A stretch of 64,000 bases of DNA. It comes from Octopus vulgaris. Lineage: Eukaryota. Positions 40,416 to 53,173 of the stretch are shown here, in pieces. The DNA lies in NCBI GenBank assembly GCA_951406725.2, contig OX597814.1, forward strand, positions 15,252,001 through 15,316,000. The letters are read 5' to 3'. Under the pieces are notes generated by a model. It did not search any database. It was not told the origin of the DNA and worked only from the letters and a program-made list of their open reading frames with translations. A program made the position numbers and the translations under genes. Numbering within the stretch: the first letter of the stretch is position 1; each line of letters begins with the position of its first letter.

Positions 40416-40976
40416 CGATTGTATTTTTCTCACTCATTAAAATCGCTACAGGCAACCACTGGCTTGCATTTTCTAGTGATATTCCTTGTTTAGGTTTCAT
40501 GTTTGTACTCCCTTTTTCATTTTCTTTTTGCGTTTATTGGGAATAGATTTTTCTGTCATTTGTTACATTCTTCAAAAGCTGTTTATGGTGGTTAGCTTTT
40601 TAACTGTTTCAGATAAGATTTTGCTTTTTAAATTTTATCTTATCAACAGATATGTAAATGTGATCAAATTATATATTTTTTATTGTTTTGATATCTGAAA
40701 GTAGAAGGTCTCAAGAGTTATTGTCTAACTTTTGCCGTCTTTATAATGTTGGTAAGGTCGGATTTAAATAGCTCTCTTTCTTTGTTCCATTATACGTTTT
40801 TTGTTTGTGTTCTAAGACAAAATACTTTTCATTGTGTAGCTGAAGGAGGAGACGTCTCGATGTTTTCTCAATGGTATATCTATACAAGAATTTCACCACA
40901 GAGACTTTTTTGGGAACTTTAAATACCAAAGGTTTCACTATCTTACTTCTATTCAATCATACTTTTTTATTGATCA
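40416..40976 (-). CDS. Candidate large K/N/I-rich exon with several in-frame stops; 3' boundary uncertain
   Basis: tttatag|TG ATC; INKKV*LNRSKIVKPLVFKV...PTL*RRQKLDNNS*DLLLSD...ENASQWLPVAIL; 3 TGA and 4 TAA, so only modestly better than random. Confidence 0.3.
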
Positions 40977-41644
40977 CTATAAATTGTTAAAAGATTTATT
41001 CCCTTATAAACAAAAAGATGATAGATCTGTCTAGCTTTGATCAGTTTTTGTTTTTGAGGAGACAAAGTTTAGAATGCATTATTTATTATGCATTATAACA
41101 TATCAAATATCAGTCTTTAGTCTGTAGTACTCGCACCTAAAAAAAATGTTCTGAAGATTTTTATTATTTATTATTATTATAATTTTATTTTTGAAAATTT
41201 TGTGGCTTTCTTTACTATAATCCGCTTCATAACAAATAATGAAATAATTCCAAACTATTGCTAGAAGTATTTTCAAAACTAAATGTAACATATGCCATTT
41301 CCAATTCTTAGAATTATTATTGATACTGACCATCATTTTCCGCCGAAAAGATTAGGTTTCTCATCAGATATTATACCCGTGATCGTATTAGACATTCACT
41401 GAAGTATACCTCTTTATTTGTGCACGTCTTTCGTAAAGTTATGTTATACGTACTGATAACCATTATTATATATTCAGTCTTTGCAATGTCAGATTTGATA
41501 TATTTATCACTATGTTATCCGATTAACGAAACAAATAGAGTTATATTATACTGTATTTAAAGAAATTTCAATTGAAAATAGTTTTCAGTTCGGCTTTGTA
41601 ATTCTTGTCCATCCAACAACTCACTGTCTCATACAAAATATTAC

Positions 41645-41942
41645 TAATTAAAATTGATGCTGTCCCCATGGGTTGGAGACTGTCTCATCCTTCACGTTAA
41701 AATATCGCTGTTCTGGTGATGTTCCTGAAAATTTAGGATGATTTATCAGCGACACCAGTTTATCCTATCCTACCAGTTAAAAGTGCTGTAGCTAACAGCG
41801 GCAGACATGCGGATATATAGTGACAGTGGCGACTTCATGGATCAATGAATGATCCCAGATATCAGGAAAATACCTCATCCTATCATGAGCCATCGCAGCA
41901 GCCAATCCGGTGGAATCTAAAGTCGCGGACATGCATTACACG
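41645..41942 (-). CDS. Candidate WD40-like exon with in-frame stops
   Basis: acttctag|C; CMSATLDSTGLAAAMAHDRMRYFPDIWDHSLIHEVATVTIYPHVCRC*LQHF*LVG*DKLVSLINHPKF... Confidence 0.45.
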
Positions 41943-42052
41943 CTAGAAGTCACTCGATTTATACAGTATGTTCTTAACCTTCGGAAACATCTTTCGAAAC
42001 CGCACAACAGTGCATGCTAATTTTCAGTTATTCTTATAATCAACACATACAC

Positions 42053-42218
42053 CTTAACATTTGCTTCACTACGAAGCTTATGCTGATATCCACAGCAAGC
42101 TGGAGGGGACTACAGTCCACCTTACTGCCGCCACGGTATTCAAGAAGGCAACTAAATAAGCCATTGATTGGAAACACTTCAATCGATATTATTCTTTTAC
42201 TATCTCTTAAACAGTCTC
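42053..42218 (-). CDS. Candidate exon ..RIISIEVFPINGLFSCLLEYRGGSKVDCSPLQLAVDISISFVVKQML
   Basis: Open frame with donor ag|gtgtat; acceptor uncertain. Confidence 0.35.
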
Positions 42219-42302
42219 TTAATATACACATTTATATGTATATAACGTTAATGATATATACGTGCATGTATGTCAGTGCGTGTGTATGTGTGCGAGTGTT
42301 CC

Positions 42303-42347
<45 letters not shown>

Positions 42348-42349
<2 letters not shown>

Positions 42350-42448
42350 CGTAGGAGTGACTGTGTGGTAAGTAGCTTACTTACCAACCACATGGTTCTG
42401 GTTTCAGTCCTACTGCGTGGCATCTTGGGCAAGTGAAAGAAGCCTGTC

Positions 42449-42512
<64 letters not shown>

Positions 42513-42724
42513 GTGTGTGTATATGTTTGTGTGTCTGTGTTTGTTCCCCCAACATCGCTTGACAACCGATGCTGGTGTGTTTACGTCCCCGTAACATAGC
42601 CGTTCGGCAAAATGGACCGATAGAATAAGTGCTAGGCTTACAAAGAATATGTCCTGTGGTTGATTTGCTCGACTAAAGGCGGTGCTCCATCATGGTCACA
42701 GTCAAATGACTGAAACAAGTAAAA
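42348..42724 (+). mobile_element. Family B SINE (internally deleted)
   Basis: Homologous to 33799-34205, opposite orientation. Confidence 0.85.
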
Positions 42725-43379
42725 AAGTATGTATGTACTGGTAAACATGCATATCAATACATTTATAATACTTGCTAAAATACATGAAAATCTCTTAAAG
42801 TACACGATTATATAAAGACAATCCAACACATCCGAAGATATCGTATGTGTCGGCATACACATGCTCTAGTTAAGTCATATCACACTGTTTTCAAGGATAA
42901 CATAGTTTATAAAGCGACGAAGTCGTTGTTCTTCATGCAATATACTGGTATACATTGTGTGTCACGCCCAAGATTATACGATTACTTTTATGACTATAAC
43001 TATGGAGCAACACGTCAATCCCTTTCAGTGATGTCAGAATAATATTGGAATGAAAAGCAATGCTAGAAAACATTAGGTTTTTTTGTTGTTGTTTTTTTTC
43101 ATGTCAATTTTTGTTTGACCAAAAGAACAAATACATTCACGATGTAGCAAATATACCTATAAAAATCAAAACTACAAAAGAAATAGCATTACTGTTACAT
43201 TTAAATATAGCAGCAGATTAAGTGATATTATCTGGATCAGTCACAACAGGCTTATCTTGATTAAAGACGCAGAAAGCACAAACAAATAACAACACACGCG
43301 CACTTACATGAAGATCTGAACATCTCTTTTAAAACAGTAAAGAAGACAACATTAACAAGCAGCTTCTTCATAATCTTCT

Positions 43380-43923
43380 CTGTCTTACCGAGAGAAAAAA
43401 ACAGAATTTATTCCTACAAAACATTACTAGTGCAATGTAAAGTATAATAGCCATCTCAATATGGCTAACCACAAAGGGTGGGTGTTACTGTAGCTTTTTA
43501 GCCCCAGGAGATCATCGTCTCCAGCTGGCTTTAGGCACACTATCTGTGCCCTTATGGTATTTGCAAAGGGAGGCCATCCCTTTCTCGTAAGCCTAAGTGA
43601 TACGCACCGAACTGACAGTTTCGAGGTTGTTCTGATGATGTTGCTGAAAATTTAGGATGATTTATCAGCGATACCAGTCCAGTTTATCCTATCCTACCAG
43701 TTAAAAAGTGATGTAGCTAACAGCGGCAGACATGCGGATATATGGTGTCAGTGGCGGCTTCATGGATCAATGAATGATACGAGATATCAGGAAAATACCC
43801 GCGTATCACTTAGGCTTACGAGAAAGGGATGGTCTCCCTTTGCAAATACCATAAGGCACAGATAGTGTGTCTAAAGCCAGCTGGAGACGATGATCTCCTG
43901 GGGCTAAAAAGCTAAAAAGCTAC
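43380..43923. mobile_element. Asymmetric inverted-repeat element whose spacer is a copy of 41709-41874
   Basis: Arms 43491-43605 and 43801-43914 (3 differences); hammerhead 3' half cctcGAAACTGTC on minus at about 43614-43626; spacer 43628-43799. Confidence 0.9.
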
Positions 43924-44063
43924 ATATATATAAGTCTATCAGAATTACCTAATACAGTTTTGAAGTGTAAAGGTAATTTTTTTTCATAATAATTATTTAA
44001 AAAAATGTTATAAAATCTTTTTCAGAAGTGTGTGAGCGCTTTCAATTAACCCTTTCAAACACA

Positions 44064-44124
<61 letters not shown>

Positions 44125-44700
44125 TGTTTGTATCATGTATGTATGGGTCTGTGTTTGTATCTGAGTTCCCTCCACCCCACCACTTGGCAATCTGTGTTTG
44201 CATTTCTCTAACTTAGCGGCTCGTCAAAAAGTGACCTATAAAATAAGTACTAGGCTTGAAAGCAAAAATATTGTTGTCAATTCATTCGACTAAAAAAAAA
44301 ACCAAAAACAAAAAAGTTCTTCCAAGCGGCGCTCCTTTCATGGCAGCAGTCCAATCATTTAAACAAGTAAGATGAAAAAAAGAATGATAAATGAACTCGT
44401 CCTGGATATTGTTAACTGAATTCCTGTGATGGAATTAGTTCCTCCATTCACAGAGAATTCAAATAAATAAAGGAAAAAAACGACTACATGTATTCGTGTA
44501 TATATATTATGTGTGTGTGTGTGTGTAAATTAATTGCTTCCCAGGATAAATCTTTATACTAATTTCAGTTTTACATTTGTACTGATAATTTTTAATACAT
44601 TTAGTTAACACATCTAGATCATTGGCTCTGTCTTTCTCCTCCTGTCTATTTTATCATTATTACAACATATACTTACGAGAAGGATACCGTTTCTACTCAC

Positions 44701-44778
44701 AACCAATTCCTACTGATATAACGATCCTGTGTCCAAGCTTTGTACTTCCAAATAATAATTCCTTTCCAATATGTCAAC
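44701..44778 (-). CDS. Exon, frame ambiguous (phase 0: VDILERNYYLEVQSLDTGSLYQ*ELV)
   Basis: tttcttgtag|GTT...GTT|gtgagt; alternative donor gtaagt at 44676. Confidence 0.5.
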
Positions 44779-45008
44779 CTACAAGAAACTCCCTCTCTTC
44801 CAATGTTTTCAAGTTGCACTTTGATTTATGGATTCTATACCTGATCGCCCACCGCATCAACCTCATTAGTTATGGAAAGCTAGTGAGCATCACGGTTCAC
44901 TGCGCTGCATATTGTTAGTTGCTCGTAATCTCAAATGCACTTAATCAGAAATACAATCAGGTTTTGCTATTATATCATCCTTCCCATGTTAAGCAATATA
45001 ATGCTAAC

Positions 45009-45185
45009 CTCCATAGTAAACCAGTAAATGTAAAACGTTGCTAAAATGTAAACTACTGCTTGACAACATTTAGGATTTCGGTCACTAGTGTTTGGGCTTT
45101 CCAAATTCAGTTTGTTAGAGTAATAAGAATATTTTGCAATTTTTAAACCTTTTGTTGTTGGTGGCAAAGTTATATTCAGGAGATT
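45009..45185 (-). CDS. Candidate exon NLLNITLPPTTKGLKIAKYS...YIYWFTME
   Basis: cag|AAT...GAG|gttagc; 177 nt open, phase 0->0; weak pyrimidine tract. Confidence 0.35.
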
Positions 45186-45393
45186 CTGTTTTTTTTTCAG
45201 AAATGACTACTTCTTTGAAGGAAGAAGTTGAATTATAAAAAAGAAAACACAGATACGAGGAACTATAGCAAAATCTATTGTTCAAGACAAGAGGCGTGTT
45301 CTTTAGATGGGGGCGCGGATATATCCATTTGTAATGGTAAAACAAAACAAATAAATACAGTCACGGAATCACAATACCGCACACATATACAAG

Positions 45394-45445
<52 letters not shown>

Positions 45446-45449
45446 TATG

Positions 45450-45482
<33 letters not shown>

Positions 45483-45495
45483 GTATGTATATATG

Positions 45496-45556
<61 letters not shown>

Positions 45557-45559
45557 GTG

Positions 45560-45618
<59 letters not shown>

Positions 45619-46734
45619 TAATATATTAACACACACACTCACAAATACACAATCTTCCAAACATACATACATTCACGGATACATACATACTTGTGAATAC
45701 GTGTGTCTGAATGTGTTTATGTGTCTGTCTGCGTGATTTAGATCCTGTTCTGAACTAAATTTAAAACGTGATAACCAATCACATCACAAAACAAATGAAG
45801 TTAATACGTCTGTAGTCGAGCTGTATTAAACACTTTAAAAAAAAAGTAACAAAAAAAGAATTAAAAGATCATGCCACCTCAATATTTGCTTGTTGGTCTA
45901 TTTTTGTATTATAGCAAAACGTAATTTTATTTCTTTTCTAGTTAATTGCTTTTGAGATTACAAGCAACTAACAATATAATGTTGTGAAAAAAAGAAAAAG
46001 AAGAAAAATGGAAAAGAAAAAAATCAGAAAGAAAAACATACACACCAAGAACAGTAACTGGCCATATTGTATTTTCGGGAATATTTGGGTGATTTGCTCT
46101 TTCTTTTAGCCCCAGTTTTGAATATTTTAACAGATATAAGCTTGAGTACACAATATCAATAACAGGAAGTAGCTGCCAAGTCCGATAATTCTCTTTCAAA
46201 ATTCTTTTTGTTCAAAATGACCGATTTAGCATAACTATTGGCGAGCAGCCATACAGTGTTCGATAGTTACACAAACTTTATTAATATTATAAACGTCGTC
46301 AGCATGAAAATCTCACATTTGTTTAAATATTCTTAGTCCAACAAAAGATCGCCAAGTAAATGGGAATCGTGATTAAACACTGAACAGACAGGGATTTAAA
46401 AAAAAAAAAATCTATATACAATCGTCTCAATTTGTCTACAAAATATACATTAGATTTCCCGTCAGAATATTCCATACAAATCCGTGTAAACAGTTGCGTA
46501 TAAGACACTGTGTTTTTGTATGTGTGTATGCATGCGCGTGTATGAGTGTGTGTAATCGTCTTTCGCACTGGGGTTATATAAGCGATAGAGGTCGCCTGCA
46601 AACTATAGTGATATCTCATCCAACATTTGGATTCATATGAAGGATCCAGCGAAACAAATATTTAATATAATACACATATGCATGCAATACATATATTCCA
46701 GCAAGTGCACGCACACACAAACACATGTATACAT

Positions 46735-46768
<34 letters not shown>

Positions 46769-46772
<4 letters not shown>

Positions 46773-46985
46773 CTTTACTACCCACAAGGGGCTAAACACA
46801 GAGGGGACAAACAAGGACAGACAGAGGGATTAAGTCGACTACATCGACCCCAGTGCGTAACTGGTACTTAATTTATCGACCCCGAGAGGATGAGGCAAAG
46901 TCGACCTCGGCGGAATTTGAACTAGGAACGTAACGACAGATGAATTTCGCCCGGCGTGCTAACGTTTCTACCAGCTCGCCGCCTT
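46769..46985 (-). mobile_element. Family A SINE
   Basis: Reverse complement of 3066-3298 with a small deletion; its 5' 20 bp is duplicated at about 46999-47018. Confidence 0.85.
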
Positions 46986-47539
46986 TACATATACATATAC
47001 CAGCTCGCCGCCTTTACACATACATATATATAGAGTACACATCCTCACATAGTCATGAAGGTGGGACTACCCGCCATAAGATCTTGCTTGCCTTCGATTC
47101 TTGTTCGGACCCGCGGTGTGTGCAAGGCGCACGATTTCATGTTACCTCTGATTAATTCCCCGAAAATCAAAACAAGCTGTTAAATTACCGATGTTTCAGG
47201 TGGTCGAGGGGTCAAGGACGGGACAGCCCGAAGAATACCTATGTATGCTAGGGATTTAAAATACCTAAAGTTACCACCGAATGCATGGTAGAACAAACTG
47301 CCATGTAGCACTCGTGTGACTGACATCTAAGCTATAATAAACCATTTACATATTTATGCAATACGTAGTATTTACGTAGATAGGGTTATAATACAAACTG
47401 TGTCCGCGTGAAGTACATATGTGTATTCCAGTACTCCAAAATTGTTTGTAGATGTACAATTGTTTGAGGCGTGCATGAAAATTGAAAAGTACTGTAAAAT
47501 AGTATTCCCGAAACAGGAACTTAGATAAATAGTTAGATG

Positions 47540-47597
<58 letters not shown>

Positions 47598-48014
47598 GTA
47601 TATAAAAAAAAGACACATTAATTTCAATTGCGATTAGATACCCTATCTGTTTTCACAATGTACATATTAAAACAACATTCATCAATGACACTTCGGGAAG
47701 AAGCTATCATGCATGATTGATGATGTAGTTTCAAAGAAATATCTGATAAAATATATATTACATGTTTACATTAAGGGTGCATGTATTTCTGCTGCATAAC
47801 GGAACATATTCAATTTGCGTTATCACTGCAATGTTCTTTTACAATTTTCCTTCATACAACAGTTCAATTTTATCTCCGCTTGATTTCGATATATAATTTC
47901 CGTCAATCCTTCATTTCATTTACCTCCCTGTACCCCTGTATTATCTATCACGTTTTCAATAATTCTAAACATTTTAACAGGAATTACATCATTTGACAAC
48001 TGTTGTATTCATAC

Positions 48015-48172
48015 AAGGAGAGATTATAAATAGATCATTGAATTAGAAGTACAGCTACTGTATCTCATATAATCCTGCTTGTTACTATTTTTTCCAAATC
48101 TGAATTTACGAACATAACCATCAGACCGAAATTTGGAGAGTGTATGGTCGAATAATTTGCCCCCAGCACTCG
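48015..48172 (-). CDS. Exon ...DYMRYSSCTSNSMIYL*SLL, TAA (48024-48026)
   Basis: atcaag|CG...CTT|gtatga; phase 1->0. Confidence 0.5.
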
Positions 48173-48275
48173 CTTGATATTTCGTACACACGCGCGCGCG
48201 CGCGTGCACACACACACACACACATAAGAATAAGAACGGAAAAAATCACATTCTTAATTGGTGATTCCATCATAC

Positions 48276-48426
48276 AATACCGACGAACGTTTCTGTTGTA
48301 TCAGCATCTTCGGATATGGAAGATATTAGTCAATTTAATACAACCGAAAATACGCCAGCACAAAGTTATCAAGTTTGATATAGTTAACCAATTTCGTTTG
48401 ACATCGAGTGCTTTATTGATATCTGC
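48276..48426 (-). CDS. Exon ADINKALDVKRNW...HIRRC*YNRNVRRY, TGA (48301-48303)
   Basis: atcag|GCA...T|gtatga; phase 0->1. Confidence 0.45.
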
Positions 48427-48454
48427 CTGATTTTTTTATCCCTTTTACATCTGG

Positions 48455-48508
<54 letters not shown>

Positions 48509-48513
<5 letters not shown>

Positions 48514-48753
48514 GATAAGATTGTTAATTTAAATATCGATCTTATCAAGTGGCCAACATGGGAATAAAAACCTTCAATGGTAATAATTATTTTTAAAATT
48601 ATAATTTAGGGTATCTAAGAGATATAACTTAACACGCTTGAAATAGCAGCCAAAACTTGACTCTAAAACAATATTAATGTGATTTTAGAGTCAAGGTTTG
48701 GCTGCTATTTCAAGCGTGGCGGTATCTCTTAGATACCCTAAATTATAATTTTA
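48509..48753. repeat. Asymmetric inverted-repeat element in (TA)n
   Basis: Arms about 48593-48667 and 48683-48753; tail related to 24930-25027 and 60040-60110. Confidence 0.8.
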
Positions 48754-48788
48754 ATATATATATATATTTAGACCGCCGAACTCTACAA

Positions 48789-48842
<54 letters not shown>

Positions 48843-49167
48843 CTTTCTATGTTTTGTCCCCTCTTTTTCTCAACCTTATGGTGAATAAAGAAATACTCTC
48901 TCTCGCTCCCTCACTGTATATTTTCTCTTATCAAACTAAAAGCTGATGCAAAAGTTCATAGGTATTGTTCTTTTACTCTTTTACTTGTTTCAGTCATTTG
49001 ACTGCGGCCAGTCGAACGAATTGACCCCAGGATTTATTCTTTGTAAGTGTAGTACTTATTCTATCGGTCACTTTTGCCGAAACAATAGGTAGCATGGGCG
49101 TAACTACACCAACATCGATTGCCTAGTGATGGTGGGGCGACAAACACAGATACAAACATACACACAC

Positions 49168-50372
49168 TTGAGCGGTACGAATTACAAGATGACAAAACAA
49201 TAACAATGAAAGAGGCTGATAAAGAGAGTGCAGTTGTCTTAATGAACGCGGTATACTGTATAACTCTAGTACTATCCATATTAGAAGACAACATATGAAA
49301 AGGCCCAACACTACAGTCAGCAGAAAATAATGAGAGACCTAAAATCCATGTGAAACCTATACAGAGAAGGGCTCACCGACAAAAAATACGACTATATGAC
49401 CAATTTCCAAAGTAAAACCTGTTATTTCTGCGGTATTCCCAAGATACACAAAAGTGAAAAAAATGAGTAACACATGCAGGAAAGTGACAGACATAATAAT
49501 CAATTCCGTATGACCTCAAATTGAGACCTGTCATAGAAGCCCCGCATGTGAAACCCACCGCCTCAATAACAGTTTAGATACCTTCTTAAAACCATACCTC
49601 AAGCATGTAAAAGGCTACATAAGTTACTACCTGGATATACTCAATCACCTTCCTGAAACAATAAACAAAGACACCCTACTAGTATCCTTCGATGTACTCA
49701 ACCTCTATTCTAATATCCCGCCACAACCTAGGAACAGAGGCAATTCAATTCTGACTAGAGAATTACGGCAACGAACATCCACATCGCATCAAAAAAGAAT
49801 TCGTGATAGAAGGGCTAAAATTCATCTTGGAGAAAATCTACTTTGTCTTCAAAAACAACTTTTATCGACAAAACTCGGCGACTGCGATGGATACCAGAAT
49901 GGCCCTCTCCTTTGCTAACCTAGTCATGGGATATCTAGGAATTAGTATTTATCGTAAAGTACTAGAAAAATACGGCAAACCATTCTCCCTCTACATAGAA
50001 AATAAGTGGAAAATTTACCTGGATGACTGTTTCATTGTTTGGCATGAAAGTATAGAGAGACTTAAAGAATTTCAAGCACTTATGTGATGTAAACAGTCAA
50101 TTCACGATGGAATATAGCCATCAACAAACTCTCATCTTCGACATCCTCATTAAGAAATTTAACACCGTAATAGAAAAAGACATATACTCTAAGCCCATGG
50201 ACTCTAAGCAATATCTACCATTCAATTCATGCCACCCGAGACACACTAGAATGCATACCCCCTTCAAACTAACAAACTGACTAAGTTGAAAAAGTCTAAC
50301 TGACTGAAACCGGTACTAAATTGCTTTTCATGATAAAATTACTCTTTTTCTACTTCGACTTATTTTCCTTAT
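49168..50372 (+). mobile_element. Penelope-like retroelement RT relic with 3' hammerhead-bearing terminus
   Basis: KEADKESAVVLMN, GIPKIHK, LRPVI, SFDVLNLYSNIP, TAMDTRMALSFANLVMGYL, YLDDCF, YLPFNSCHP. Confidence 0.9.
50281..50320 (+). ncRNA. Minimal hammerhead variant (U3/A8)
   Basis: ag TTGAAAA agtc taact gact GAAA CCGGTA ct; palindromic ACCGGT stem III; weak stem I. Confidence 0.55.
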
Positions 50373-50549
50373 ATATATATATATACACGACGGGTTTCTT
50401 TCAGCTTCCGTCTACCAAGCACACTCACAAAGCGTTGGTAGGCTATAGTAGAAGAGACATGCTCAAGACTTAAACTCAGAACCATATGGTTTGGAAACAA
50501 GCTTCTTACCACACACTCACGCCTGCGTCTATCTCAAATTTATTTAGTA

Positions 50550-50954
50550 CTAGCAGCATAGCCCGGCTTTGCCCGGGTATTTAAGAGCCCCTAGTAGGGA
50601 CTCTTAAAAAGGACTAATCCCAATTTAGTCCTTTCCCTCTAGGGAACGAAGGCGCATGTGTAGGTTGCAATGTCTTCTCTTCACTCCCAAATAACTATCA
50701 AACAGCTATCGATAATTCAACCCAACCAATTCCTCCCAGGAAGAAATTACATTTGAGACTTTACCCCCAACAGTTTTTTCAGAACTGGGGGAACTTTTCA
50801 AAATTTCCGCTGCGTTAGTTTTGAATTATGACATTGGGCTATGTGTGTGTCAAGTTTCATCAGAATCAGTTGAAAGTCGTGGTCAGGGTGAGGGTACAAC
50901 CTGACAGACACACAGACACACAGACAGACAAACTGCCGTTTATATAGAGAGAGA
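50550..50954 (-). mobile_element. Non-autonomous Helitron
   Basis: 5' TC, 3' hairpin cccgggcaaagccggg then CTAG; A|T target. Confidence 0.85.
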
Positions 50955-51735
50955 TTAATAGGAATTGTTTTCAATTTTATATCTGTACTGATGCATTGAA
51001 TATACCGTGGGATGAAAAAGAGAAACTAACTTCAATGCAATTGATTTGCTCATTCAGATCAATTTGAGGTAAAGCAAGGGCATAGCTAGGGTTTCTTGTT
51101 AGTTAAACGATTGGAAAATATTCAGCATATATGCACAGTGCAGGCATTTTGCTTTTCATATAACCAGATTCTTAACTATTGCTATAAAATGTTACTTTTT
51201 AATCCTTTGGTACACCTGTAACCACGGAACACAAACTACTAGATATATATAAAAATATTAATGTTTATACAGTAGCTGAATTATAATCTTCTTAAAACTA
51301 TATTACTGCTTTTAAGTGTGGTTCTTGGTTAATATTTCTTTTATGAATTCTGTTAGGATTGTCACTTTTCTTTTTCTCCCTGTTGGTCAATCGTTTTGTT
51401 TATTATTCCAATAAAGTAATATAAACTATAAAATAGCAATTATATTGACAATTCAGTTACTTTTATGGGAAATGGAATCGAAATCTAATAAGGAAGATTA
51501 TTAGAAGTGACAGTCAAATTTACCAATTACTGTGTATAAATATTAGTTTTATCGGAAATAACTGTTGCAATCAATATCATTAGAAAACTATTTATTTTAT
51601 ATTTTCTCAATTATTATTCTTGAGTATGAACTATAATGCGACAATAAATTCTTTAAATGACCAAACGAAGGTATTTTCCCGAGTCTCGAAAGGTTAAGAA
51701 GAGGGTTTTGATATAGATATAAAAAACGATGGTAC

Positions 51736-51908
51736 CTTCGCATTACTGCTGTTGCTCTTTAAATAAGATTTTGCAAAAGTATGTTGCAGAAAATGAATTT
51801 AATTATGAAAGCCTTTTAAATCTGAACATTTGTAATTGCTTTGTAGGTTCATATTGCAATCTGGTAATGTTATAATACTAAACCAATGAAATATCCATAG
51901 CTGTGTTC
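51736..51908 (-). CDS. Exon TQLWIFHWF...SDLKGFHN*IHFLQHTF..., TAA (51799-51801)
   Basis: gactttcag|GA...AAG|gtacca; phase 1->0. Confidence 0.55.
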
Positions 51909-52010
51909 CTGAAAGTCAATCACAAAAGTCTAATTGCCAATAACGTGAAAACGGGATTTCCGAGTTTGAGAGGAGTAAGCAAAAAGGTAAGTTGCAATCC
52001 AGTGAAATAC

Positions 52011-52070
52011 TTTTGAAAACCGAGTTGATTGCTAAAGTGTAGCCTTCGCAAACGCAAAACATTTCAAAGT
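52011..52070 (-). CDS. Exon FEMFCVCEGYTLAINSVFK
   Basis: catttttcag|AC...A|gtattt; phase 1->1, open. Confidence 0.55.
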
Positions 52071-52324
52071 CTGAAAAATGGTTTTACCAGATCAGTTAAG
52101 AAATTATTGCATAATAGAACATAAAGAAATAGTTGACTCATTTTAGCAAATGTATTATTTTCCATAAATTGCTTAATTTAATGAAAAACAGGCGCTCAGA
52201 TCATTAATGGTTACCGAAGTCAGTCGACTTCCTAGAAGTATCAGAAAAATTCCCTTCAAATTACAAATTACATTCAGTTAAAGAATAGTTATTGTAGTCC
52301 TCGATACAGTATGCGTATGAAATG

Positions 52325-52707
52325 GAGGCGCAATGGCCCAGTGGTTAGGGCAGCGGACTCGCGGTCGTAGGATCGCGCTTTCGATTTCCAGACCGGGCGT
52401 TGTGAGTGTTTATTGAGCGAAAACACCTAAAGCCCCACGAGGCGCCAGCAGGGATAGTGGTGATCCCTGCTGTACTCTTTCACCACAACTTTCTCTCACT
52501 CTTACTTCCTGTTTCTGTTGTACCTGTATTTCATGGGGCCGGCCTTGTCACTCTCTGTGTCACGCTGAATATTCCCGAGAACTACGTTAAGGGTACACGT
52601 GTCTGTGGAATGCTCAGCCACTTACACGCTAATTTCACGAGCAGGCTGTTCCGTTGATCGGATCAACCGGAACCCTCGTCGTCGTAACCGACGGAGTGCT
52701 TCCATCC
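52325..52707 (+). mobile_element. tRNA-derived SINE, family C (tRNA-Arg-like head), with 14-bp TSD
   Basis: GGCGCAATGGCCCAGTGGTTAGGGCAGCGGACTCGC head; TSD atgcgtatgaaatg (52311-52324 / 52708-52721). Confidence 0.85.
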
Positions 52708-53052
52708 ATGCGTATGAAATGCGGTATAATTATGGTTGCGTACGAAATGCGGTATAATTATCTGTTGATATTTCTGTCAGTGAAATTTTGCCATTTATCA
52801 AGCTGTTAAAACGTACAAACGGTTCATAAATTTACTGCAAATATAACTCAACTTATGGATATCAAAATAAAATAAACCAACTCTTGAATGGTTTATGATG
52901 TGTCTGCTGGTTTACGTTAAGTTCTGCTAAGATGTACTTTTTTAGATGCGGATATGAAGAAAATTCACGCTCCTGGTATTTCATAGGGTTTACATTTTAT
53001 TTATAAAATTCAGCTTTTCAAGCAAGCGTATTAAACATCTTTTTTTTTTTAC

Positions 53053-53173
53053 CAGTTAATGCATGGTTTTGGTCATAGAAATTGTCATCTGTTTGATGTT
53101 GCAGCTGACTTTCTCGTCCTGAAGTTTCTAGATTATTGCTGTAATAGATGTTGCATATTTCTTCTTGGGGTAT
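53053..53173 (-). CDS. Exon IPQEEICNIYYSNNLETSGRESQLQHQTDDNFYDQNHALT
   Basis: atctttcaatctctag|ATA...G|gtaaaa; phase 0->1, open. Confidence 0.6.

Larger units (their letters stand above)
48970..50528 (-). mobile_element. Family B SINE split by a Penelope insertion
   Basis: 3' part 48970-49165 and 5' part 50388-50528 flank the PLE. Confidence 0.7.

Noticed and set aside
47183-47292. Possible minus-strand hammerhead with long stem II (tacc..ggtggt/accacc..GAAACATC ggta)
   Set aside because: The core ATGCATTC is too far from consensus to support.
51848-51986. Plus-strand exon-like segment ending aag|gtaagt
   Set aside because: It has stops in all frames and overlaps the better-supported minus exon 51736-51908.
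52325-52400. tRNA genes (also 22930-23004 and 13461-13500)
   Set aside because: No complete acceptor stem; the 52325 and 22930 heads continue into SINE bodies with TSDs, and the 13461 head is only a partial B-box fragment.
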